Assembly (NCBI GenBank): GCA_036830315.1
Contig: DAISOU010000003.1
Location: 30,064-94,063, forward strand
DNA from: Bacillota bacterium
Lineage (GTDB): Bacteria > Bacillota_I > Bacilli_A > RFN20 > CAG-288
Length of the DNA stretch: 64,000 nt
Reading direction: 5' to 3'
How positions within the stretch are numbered: position 1 is the first letter of the stretch; each line of letters opens with the position of its first letter. Positions 37,382 through 46,300 of this stretch are shown piece after piece. The notes under the pieces were generated by a model. It did not search any database. It was not told the origin of the DNA and saw only the letters and a program-made list of their open reading frames with translations. Position numbers and translations under genes: made by a program.

Positions 37382-38542
37382 ATGAAGTTAACTATAAAAA
37401 GACAGGAATTTTTAAGACTTCTTACCTTTGTCAGTCAGGCTATCCCAGCCAAATCAGCTGAGAGTCAGTTTATGAATTTCCTTTTAGACTGCAAAGAAGA
37501 CAGCCTTTCAATCATTGCCAGTGATGGCACTATCTCTGCCAAGATTGCAACTAAGGCCAAAGATGAAAAGGGCAATGATGTGATCATCAATGCCGAACCT
37601 GGTCTTATTCAGACTCCTGCCAAATATCTTCTTGATATCGTAAGCAAGATGGGCGGTGATGTCGTCACTCTCAACATGGTTGACACCAACTATCTCAATA
37701 TCTCCGATGATTCCACTAATTTCAATCTCATCACCAAAGCGGGTGAAGAATATCCCAATGTCGATTTGAATGTTCCTGAAGACAACCAGGGATTTAAAGT
37801 GTCTTTAGGTGATTTAAAGAAACTCTTTGATACCACCTCTTATGCAGTTGCAACCAAAGGTCCCAAAGATCTTTATTACGGAATCAATGTTTCGGTGAGA
37901 TCTGGAAAACTGTATTTTATGACTACTGATTCTTATCGTATGGCCAGAATGGCCGTCAATGAGAAGGATAACGATGCCGCTTTCTCTTTCACCTGCCCTG
38001 TCAAAGCCTTATCGATGGTAACTAATATTGTCACTAACGGCGAATGTGTCATCTACTTCGATGAACAGAGAGCTCTCTTTGTCGCTGACGGTGTGACTCT
38101 GTCCACTCGTCTTATCAGAGGAGACTTCCCTTCAATCGATAGAATAATTCCTTCTTCTTTCCCCTATTCTGTCAGCGTCGAAAAGGACGAATTCTTAGCA
38201 GCTGCTGACCGTGTGAGAATCATCTCTTCCGCTGAAGACAAGAATTCTCAGGTCAAGTTTACAATCTCCCGTGACACCGGTGTCACTATCTCTGCCCGTT
38301 CCACCAATTATGGAAACTCGCAGGAAATCCTCAGAAGAGCTTCCTATGTCCTTCCTGACGGAGAAGATATCTTCGAGATCGGCTTCAATGTCGATTTTGC
38401 TGTTGCGGCTGTCAGAGCTCTGGCTTCTGAAAAGGTCACATTCGTCTTCGCCGCTCCTACTAGAATGTTCATGGTCAAGAATGATGATCCTGAAAATATT
38501 CAGATTGTCACTCCGATCAGAATGAACACCTTTAACGATTAG
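37382..38542 (+). CDS. dnaN: DNA polymerase III beta sliding clamp
   Basis: 386 aa with the typical beta-clamp N-terminus (MKLTIKRQEFL) and three-domain length. It lies downstream of the DnaA-box cluster. Confidence 0.95.
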   Translation: MKLTIKRQEFLRLLTFVSQAIPAKSAESQFMNFLLDCKEDSLSIIASDGTISAKIATKAKDEKGNDVIINAEPGLIQTPAKYLLDIVSKMGGDVVTLNMVDTNYLNISDDSTNFNLITKAGEEYPNVDLNVPEDNQGFKVSLGDLKKLFDTTSYAVATKGPKDLYYGINVSVRSGKLYFMTTDSYRMARMAVNEKDNDAAFSFTCPVKALSMVTNIVTNGECVIYFDEQRALFVADGVTLSTRLIRGDFPSIDRIIPSSFPYSVSVEKDEFLAAADRVRIISSAEDKNSQVKFTISRDTGVTISARSTNYGNSQEILRRASYVLPDGEDIFEIGFNVDFAVAAVRALASEKVTFVFAAPTRMFMVKNDDPENIQIVTPIRMNTFND

Positions 38543-38548
38543 TATCTC

Positions 38549-38591
38549 AAAGCACAGAAAGACAGTCTGATTCTTCTTTCTGTGCTTTTTT
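38549..38591 (+). terminator. Rho-independent terminator after dnaN
   Basis: A 13-bp stem AAAGCACAGAAAG / CTTTCTGTGCTTT followed by a T-run. Confidence 0.75.
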
Positions 38592-38785
38592 ATGTCTTTT
38601 TTACCGCCTTTGAAGTAGAAGGCCTCCAATATTTTAGAAACGAGAAATAACAAGAGAAGAAAAAAGAGCAATATAAAAGAATCATAAAGACCCTTAATCC
38701 AAGATTATTACCCTGTTTTTGTCTTCTTTTACTGATATAATCTAAGCAATAGAGAAACTTTTTATAGTTTGCGGGAAGGTAAAAG

Positions 38786-41700
38786 ATGGATAAAGAAACA
38801 GCGCTTCAAATCTGGCAGGAGCTATACGGAGACAAAGAAGAAGCCTATGATTACGCTTCTCATAAGATGAGAAGAGACGATTTTGACAATGTTGATTCTG
38901 AATTCGGCTGGAAAATCGATCATAAGCAGCCTCTCTATAACGGCGGTCTGGATTTCGGATTCAATCTCGTTCCGGCCAGTATCGATACGATAGATCTTCG
39001 CGGAGGTCGAACCTCGTTTAAAGTCGGTCATCTGCGGTTAGAAGTCCGCAAAGGACCTAAATATGGAACTTTCTCAGTCTATGATGTGACTGATTCCAAT
39101 CATCCTATTTCTATGGAGCCTAACGAGGACAATCAAGACCCTGCTTATAACAAGAACAGGACTGATTTCAGTTTAGGCATCAATCAGGAAGCACCTGTTG
39201 ATTTTTCGGCTCAGTTTTCTTCACCATTGGTTTCTGATACTTTGATTCACGAAGTGATCAAAGCAGACGAAAATGAGGCCTTTGACGCTGTTAACAGCAA
39301 GGAAGAGACTGAAAACAAAGAAGAGACTGACGAAGATCAGAACAAGACTGAAGAAACAAATGGTGACATCATAGAAGAAGATAAAACGGATGTAACTGCT
39401 TCTGATTTATCAGAGGAGACAAAAGAAGAAAAGCCTTCTTTGGAAGAACAGGTTATTGAAGAAAATGCTGTCGAGAACAATAATGATGACGACAGCACTG
39501 AAATAACCAAAGACACTGAGGAAACTGAAGAAGAGACGGCAGATGAAGAACAGGAAAACAAGCAAAATGAAGTAGACGAATTGAGAGAGATGATAAAGGC
39601 GAAAGATACAGAGATTGAAAGACTTAACACTGAGCTTTCTTCCTTGAAAGAAGAAAACCAGGAAGAAAATCATTCCGAAGAAGAGAAGAAAGAACTGAAT
39701 GATAGAATTGATGCTCTGACTAAAGAGCTTTTAGATATCAAGAACGAAAACCTACGCAAAGAAGAAGAAAACAAAGCCTATTTATCTGAAAAAGAACAAT
39801 TATCAATTCAAAGAGACCAATTGATATCTGAAAAAGAAGAACATACGCGAAAAGAAGCTGATGACAAAGCCAAAATCGATTCTTTTGAAAACGAAAAGAA
39901 AACTCTCAACGACGACATCGATATTCTCAGAAATCAGATCTATGGCCTTAAAACTGAGATTGTCAGGCTTAATTCTTCCTTAGATCAGACTTTGGAAGAA
40001 AAGAACAGCATAATCACCGACTCTTCTTCTGTCAAAGCTGAAAATGAGACTGTCAGACAAAAGAACCAGGCTTTGGAAAAAGAGATTGCCCTTCTTAAAG
40101 AACAAGACGGAAAACTGGCAGATGAAAATGAAAACTATAAAAACAGTCAGGAGTCTTTTGACGAGAATCTAAAAGAACAGCTCTCCTCTTTGAAAGCAGA
40201 TAAAGAAAAGCTCTTATCTGAAAAAGAAAAGCAGGAAGAAGTCCTCAACAGTCTGGCTTTTGAGATAACAAATCTCAAGAGTGACAACCAGAGAAAAGAT
40301 CAGATCATCTCTTCTTTCTCTTCTGTCAAAGCTCAAGAAGAGAATACCAGGGTTTCTGAAAATGATGAACGTGTCGAAGAAATCAAAAGTCTGAAGTCTA
40401 AGATTGAGAATATAGAAGCAGAAAAGAACGAAGAAAAAGAAAAACTGTCTGCTCTTTTGAATGATAAAGACAATGCCGATAAAGAAAACATCAAACTGAA
40501 AGAACAGATTGAAAATATCCAAAAAGAACTTATTTCCTTACAGGACAAAGAAGCATTAGAATCTATGGCTTCTGACGAGAATAAGAAAGCTCTCGATGAA
40601 GAAAACAGAGTTATCAAAGGACAGAACTCCTTCTTTAAGGCATCAGGAAAAGAAGACAAGTATGAAGAAGCTTCTTCTTCTCTTAAAGAGCAGGAACTTC
40701 CTGAAACCGTTGAAAACTATCAAAGTCTTATTCCTCTTCATCCTGAATGGTTCTATTCTTCCTCAGACTATCTAGGACCGGTTCCTGAAGCTTTTGATAG
40801 CACCAGTGAACAGATTGCAGAGAAAGAACTCGATGTCAGAGAATACCCAGAAGAGGATGTCTCCTATCTCAAAAAAGAAATTGAGAAGAGGAACAGGGCC
40901 ATTCTGGCTTTTGAAGAAGTCTATACGGATGAATGCGATACAGCCACTGATTTTGCCGGACGGGAAATCAAAAAAGACCACTATCTGGATGAAGAACAAT
41001 ATGGTTTTGATTATCGGATCATCAAAGACCGGGAAACCCAGAAAGAAACCTATATTGTCGCCAGTTTGAAATCCTTGGCTGATTTTAGAGAAGAAGAGAC
41101 GTTTACCACTAACGGACATAGCTATCGTTTGGTTTCGAAAAGTGGCAGCTATAAGGTTGTTTCTGATGACTATATCAGTGATCCCTATGACTTTGATGAG
41201 GCCATCAAAGTCACATCCGACACTGCCAAAGAACAGACGCCGATGGTCTATCTCTTTGTCAAGACTATGGGAGCAACTATCTCTGACCCTGATCTGACAC
41301 TTCAGAACAAGTTCTTTGCCATCATCGATAAGACAGTAAAAAGATGCTGTCCTTCTTCCTTTATGGAAATGCAGACAGCTATCGGTACTAATCAGAATTA
41401 CGCCTTCCTGACTTTTGACGGTTCTTCCGATTCCTGTTATCGGGAAGTCTATAATTATGCTATCCTTCTTAATTCCTATCGAAAAGAAATCAAGAAGGAA
41501 GGAGAACTCAATGCCGTGATTGTCATGGATCAGATTGAAGTTGAACCGGCTTTAAGACATCTTTCATTCGACAGGCTTTTCAACAAGACCAAGAATATCG
41601 GCTTAAGAGCTATCTTATATGAACTCAATATGACACCGGTGATCAACTCTACTATAAGAAGAACCATCCACATAGGACCTGAAGTACTTCCCTATCTCAA

Positions 41701-41833
41701 CATCGACAAAAATAAGATCACGGAATCTTTGCTCGGAAAGGGAAACTTCACATCTCTTTACAATTTCCACGATTCTTATTACGAGTGCCACTTTGTCTAT
41801 GGATTGAAGAGACGGACTAAAGAAGAAGATTAA
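38786..41833 (+). CDS. Large cytoplasmic protein of unknown function: N-terminal HNH-like module, acidic region, long coiled coil, degenerate second HNH-like module and a C-terminal globular domain
   Basis: 1015 aa with no signal peptide. The N-terminus FGWKIDHKQPLYNGG...FNLV resembles small Firmicute HNH proteins. Roughly residues 260-640 are heptad-rich and E/K/L/N-rich. A second copy starts near nt 40880 (AILAFEEVYTDECDTATDFAGREIKKDHY...YGFDYRII...TNGHSYRLV). It aligns with the N-terminus but lacks the Asp-His. Confidence 0.8.
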   Translation: MDKETALQIWQELYGDKEEAYDYASHKMRRDDFDNVDSEFGWKIDHKQPLYNGGLDFGFNLVPASIDTIDLRGGRTSFKVGHLRLEVRKGPKYGTFSVYDVTDSNHPISMEPNEDNQDPAYNKNRTDFSLGINQEAPVDFSAQFSSPLVSDTLIHEVIKADENEAFDAVNSKEETENKEETDEDQNKTEETNGDIIEEDKTDVTASDLSEETKEEKPSLEEQVIEENAVENNNDDDSTEITKDTEETEEETADEEQENKQNEVDELREMIKAKDTEIERLNTELSSLKEENQEENHSEEEKKELNDRIDALTKELLDIKNENLRKEEENKAYLSEKEQLSIQRDQLISEKEEHTRKEADDKAKIDSFENEKKTLNDDIDILRNQIYGLKTEIVRLNSSLDQTLEEKNSIITDSSSVKAENETVRQKNQALEKEIALLKEQDGKLADENENYKNSQESFDENLKEQLSSLKADKEKLLSEKEKQEEVLNSLAFEITNLKSDNQRKDQIISSFSSVKAQEENTRVSENDERVEEIKSLKSKIENIEAEKNEEKEKLSALLNDKDNADKENIKLKEQIENIQKELISLQDKEALESMASDENKKALDEENRVIKGQNSFFKASGKEDKYEEASSSLKEQELPETVENYQSLIPLHPEWFYSSSDYLGPVPEAFDSTSEQIAEKELDVREYPEEDVSYLKKEIEKRNRAILAFEEVYTDECDTATDFAGREIKKDHYLDEEQYGFDYRIIKDRETQKETYIVASLKSLADFREEETFTTNGHSYRLVSKSGSYKVVSDDYISDPYDFDEAIKVTSDTAKEQTPMVYLFVKTMGATISDPDLTLQNKFFAIIDKTVKRCCPSSFMEMQTAIGTNQNYAFLTFDGSSDSCYREVYNYAILLNSYRKEIKKEGELNAVIVMDQIEVEPALRHLSFDRLFNKTKNIGLRAILYELNMTPVINSTIRRTIHIGPEVLPYLNIDKNKITESLLGKGNFTSLYNFHDSYYECHFVYGLKRRTKEED

Positions 41834-41850
41834 TTTCACGTGAAATTAAT
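41829..41850. promoter_or_regulatory. Perfect 22-nt palindrome ATTAATTTCACGTGAAATTAAT just upstream of pepT (candidate operator)
   Basis: Read directly. It overlaps the stop codon of the upstream gene and ends 19 nt before the pepT ATG. Confidence 0.4.
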
Positions 41851-41869
41851 ATATAAAGAGGATAACAAC

Positions 41870-43060
41870 ATGACAGTATTAGAAAGTTTTCTGAAGTATG
41901 TTTCTTATGAGACTACCGCTCAAGACGAAAGAAGCAACAGCTGTTCCAATGATAAGATGCTTGTACTTGCAGACGAAATGCTTGAAGAACTTCAGGCCTT
42001 GAAGCCTGATGAAATCAGCATCAACAGATTTGGAGTCATCGACTGCAAATTCCATGGAGACGAAAGCAAAGACTCGGTAGCCTTTTTAGCTCATATGGAT
42101 ACTTCTCCTTCTGCATCTGATAAAGATGTTAAAGCCAGAATTATCGATTATAAGGGCGGAGACATCGAACTAAAGCCTGGTCTTATTCTCTCTGAAAAAG
42201 AATTCACATCCTTAAAGCAGGGCGTCGGTCATAAGTTAGTCGTCACCGACGGCAACACACTATTAGGAGGTGACGACAAAGCCGGTATGGCTATCATCAT
42301 GACTTCTCTAAGAGAAGCTCTGAAGAAGAAAGACCATCGTCCCTTAGAGATTATCTTCACTACCGATGAAGAGATCGGAGCTGATGCCAAACACATCTCG
42401 ATGGAGATCGTCAATTCCAAATACGGATATACCATCGACGGCGGTGACTATCGGGGCTTATCGATTGAATCCTTTACGGCTTATGGAATGGATATTCATA
42501 CCATGGGCAAGTCTATTCATCCAGGCTATGCCAAAGACAAATTGGTAAATGCCTCCACCGTCTTAATCGAATTCATCGATTCTCTTCCGAAGTTCTTAAG
42601 ACCGGAACACACCGATAAAAGAGAACCCTTCTATCATCTGTGCGGAATTAAAGGCAATGAGGATGAGAGCGAAGCCAATATGATCATCAGAAGCTTTGAC
42701 GAAGTGGAATGCAAAGAACTGATTTCCATCGCCGAGCTTTCGGCTAGGAGAATCAATGATCGCTTAGGCTATGAAGCTCTCACTCTTGATGTCTATGAGC
42801 AGTATCACAATATGAAACAGGTTCTCGATAAGCATCCGGAGATTCTCAAAGAAGCCGAGGAAGTCTACAAAGAAGTCGGTATCCCCTATGGCTATGAGGC
42901 AATCAGAGGCGGAACCACCGGCAGTCAGTTATCCTTTATGGGTCTTCCCACTCCCAATCTTGGAACCGGAGACTATAACTGTCACGGCCGTTTTGAATAC
43001 GTCGATGTCTATGAGATGGAGAAAATGTGTGAAGTAGTTACCAGACTGATGACTAGGTAA
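41870..43060 (+). CDS. pepT: Peptidase T (M20B tripeptide aminopeptidase)
   Basis: It has the N-terminus MTVLESFLKYVSYETTA, then AHMDTSP, GGDDKAG and TTDEEIG motifs. I chose the ATG at 41870, which has AAGAGGA upstream. The ORF-track GTG at 41840 lies inside the palindrome. Confidence 0.9.
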   Translation: MTVLESFLKYVSYETTAQDERSNSCSNDKMLVLADEMLEELQALKPDEISINRFGVIDCKFHGDESKDSVAFLAHMDTSPSASDKDVKARIIDYKGGDIELKPGLILSEKEFTSLKQGVGHKLVVTDGNTLLGGDDKAGMAIIMTSLREALKKKDHRPLEIIFTTDEEIGADAKHISMEIVNSKYGYTIDGGDYRGLSIESFTAYGMDIHTMGKSIHPGYAKDKLVNASTVLIEFIDSLPKFLRPEHTDKREPFYHLCGIKGNEDESEANMIIRSFDEVECKELISIAELSARRINDRLGYEALTLDVYEQYHNMKQVLDKHPEILKEAEEVYKEVGIPYGYEAIRGGTTGSQLSFMGLPTPNLGTGDYNCHGRFEYVDVYEMEKMCEVVTRLMTR

Positions 43061-43137
43061 CAGAAATCAGTCAAAAAGCAAACAAAAAACGAATTTTATA
43101 TCCCGCCTATATATACCTATATATTATGTTCTTTTTC

Positions 43138-43151
43138 TGTAAGCGTTTACA
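43138..43151. promoter_or_regulatory. cre-like palindrome TGTAAGCGTTTACA
   Basis: It matches the Firmicute cre consensus TGWAANCGNTNWCA at all specified positions. It lies 209 nt upstream of the S8 protease start codon. Confidence 0.5.
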
Positions 43152-43271
43152 TTTTAATCGATTGTTTTGATGATTAATTAAGAAAAGTACTTGAAAAGCT
43201 TAAAAAACGGGGATAAACACGACATTTTTCATTGCTTATCCTCTTTTTTATGCTTTTGTTGCTTTTCTTTT

Positions 43272-43300
43272 TTGTTTCACTTTTTTGGAAATGAGATATT
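43272..43300 (+). promoter_or_regulatory. Candidate sigma-A promoter of the S8 protease gene
   Basis: The -35 is TTGTTT (43272-43277). A 17-nt spacer leads to an extended -10, TGAGATATT (43292-43300). Confidence 0.4.
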
Positions 43301-43346
43301 AAGCCGTTAAAATTAACAATGCTTTATTTTTAAGGAGGAGTCCCAC

Positions 43347-46300
43347 ATGAAAAAGTTATTATCAGTACTTTCATTGGCCACTATCGTCGGAGTAGGAGCA
43401 TTATCTGCTCAATCTAATGAGGTAGTTATTCCTGGCACAGAGAAGAACAGCCAGAAATCCTATCTTGTCACACTCGATGGAGAGGCTAACGAAGAAAACA
43501 AAGAAAGAAACGAAGTTCAACTCAACGAGGTTCTTAATGAACTCGCCTATAAACTTCCTAAGGATAGCTATACCATTGACTATACTTATGACACAGTCAT
43601 GAATGGTTTTGCCGTCAAGACATATTCGGGTCTTGAGAATGTAATCAAATCCATTTCTCATGTGGCTTCTGTCGAAGAATCTCATTCTTATTCTGCTCCG
43701 GCTGAGAATCTCACTACCACTACCTATCAGGGTGGCGTGAGAACATCGATGACCCCTGAAGAGGTTCAGGCCGCTAAGTTAGTCAACTATTCAGCTGAAA
43801 CCATGCATGCCACTGGCACTGATATCACAGCTGCCATCAAAGATGTGACCGGTACAGAATCGGCGTCACAGGGTGGCAAAAATGTTTCAGTCGGTATCAT
43901 CGATACTGGTCTTTTCCTTAACCAGGTTGAGGGAACTGCTGCCAGAACTGCAGCTTTAGCTACTGCTGAAAAGGGTAATTACACTTTGACAGCTCCGGCT
44001 TTCAAAGATTTCACCGATACATCTTTTAACAAGCTCACTGCTGAGAAGGTTGCTGCTGTTGCTGGACTCAAGGGCTCAAACTACACCAGAATCAACAATA
44101 AGATTCCTTTCTCCTTTGATTATGCTGACAATGACGGCAATGTCGATCCTACTGGCGGACAGGAAGCCAGCGAACATGGTACCCATGTCGCTTCTATGGC
44201 TTCAGCTAACGGTACTGCCTTCCAGGGTATTGCCCCTAATGCCCAGGTTGCTGTTTTGAAGGTCTTCGGAAACAACGCTGCCGGAGCCGGTGATACAGCT
44301 ATCATCGCCGCTTTAGAGGATTCTGCCAAATTAGGTCTTGATGTCGTCAACCTTTCATTAGGTTCTGATCTTATCGATTATGATGACACTCCAACTAATG
44401 GTGTTTATCAGGCTTTGGAGAAGTGCTCTGAAGCTGGCGTCATCGTCAACTTTGCTGCTGGAAACTCTGGCAAGTCTTCATATTCAGGATCTAAAGGTTA
44501 TTCCGATTGGACAACTGATACTGTTGAAACTTCTATTACCGGAAGTGAAGCTCATATGGATGAAGGAGCTAACATCGTCGCAGCCTCTAACCCTAACAGA
44601 GCTTTCTATTCTTCTATTATGACTATCGGTGATACTGCTGTTTCTTATGATGATCAGGTCATCAACAAGACTGGCAGCACCATTCATTATGAAAAACCTC
44701 TTCCGTTTTCAACCCTTATTCCTGAAGGACAGGATGAAGTTGCTCTCAAATACGTGAGAATCGGCGGCTTAGGTGCTGCTTCTGATTACACCGATGATAT
44801 CAAGGCTTCTATCAGTGCCGGTAACAATGTCGCTGTTGTCGACCGTGGTTCTATCTCCTTCACTGAAAAGATCAGAAACGCCACTTCTTCTGGCGCCAAG
44901 GCTGTCATCGTTGTCAATAACGATCCTTCTCTGACTTTCAACTTCAGCTTTGACTTCAATGGCTATGAACCTACTATTCCTGTCGTCTTAGTTTACAAGA
45001 GCATGTCTTCTATCTTCGGTGCTGCCGGAAATACCGGTGACATCAAGTTGGCGACTAACACTGTTCAGGAATCTCCTGACGGAAACGTCATTGCCTCCTT
45101 CTCCTCTGATGGTCCTTCCTATAACCTCGATATCTCTCCTACAATCGCCGGACCTGGAAAACAGACAATGGGTGCTGTAGTCGCAACTAACAATGCCACT
45201 AATTCCGGTATTGTCGGTTATGACAACTTCGATGGCACTTCCATGGCTACTCCTAATGTCACTGGAGCTATGGCTCTTACTTTAGGAGAGAAGAATCCTG
45301 ATAACAATGGTGATCTGGCTTCTGCTTCTGCTGAAAAATATGCTACTTTCAAGTCTTATCTATCCAGCATTGCCATGTCGACAGCTGATCAGCTTGTCGA
45401 CACCACCAAAGAGACTCTTACTTCTCCTCGTATGCAGGGTGCCGGTGTCATCAATCCGAGAAATATCTTGGCCACTAACTCATATGTCAGCTATCACAAT
45501 CAAGATGTCGGCGAATACAGCAACACTTTTGAATCCAAGGTTGAACTCAAGAACACTGGATCACTTAAGGTCTCTGATTTCACCGCCACTACTCCTAACT
45601 ATGTCGAATTTGAATACACCATTCACAATGAGTCTGCAAATACCAGAACCTATAAGCCTGCTCTTTCTTTGATGATTCCCAGTCTCAGAGTTCAGCAGAC
45701 TCAGGCTGAATATGATGAATCTGATGCTACTTCCAAAGTTGATGTACCTGTTAACCTTCCTTCCACCATCACTATGTCTGTCAACGATGATGAAGTCGCT
45801 ATTCCTGAAGATCATCAGCTTACCGGAACTGTCGTTGTTCCTGCCATGGGATCTGTCACAGCTACTGCTAAGGTCAGAATTGATGATCTGGCTTTCTCCA
45901 AGAAGTGGAATGATGTCAAGAATGCTGATTTCACCGGTACTTTAAAAGAATACATTGCCAAATACTTCAAGGATGCCGGCGGAACATATGTTGAAGGCTA
46001 CCTCAATCTCAATGAAGTCGGAAAGAGCGAAGATACCACTAAGGTTTCTCATAAGCTTTCTGTTCCTTACATGGGATTCTATGGTGACTATACAGTCGGC
46101 AAGGCTGTCGAAGATTTCGACTTTGAAAAAGAAGACGGACGTCTCTACAATTCTGAGATGATCGATTCTTATGTCCAGAACCTCTCTAATGCCGAGTACC
46201 GAAAGAGCAATGCCTACACTGGTTCTACCTTAACTGCTGTTGCCAGCAACTTTAGTTCAACCAATATCGAAAATATTGCCAAGCTCAATACTTCCGGTAA

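Noticed and set aside
39337-40659. Several minus-strand ORFs (87-108 aa) inside the 1015-aa gene
   Set aside because: They are antisense shadows of the GAA/AAA-rich coiled-coil region. They are F/S/L-rich and have no RBS.
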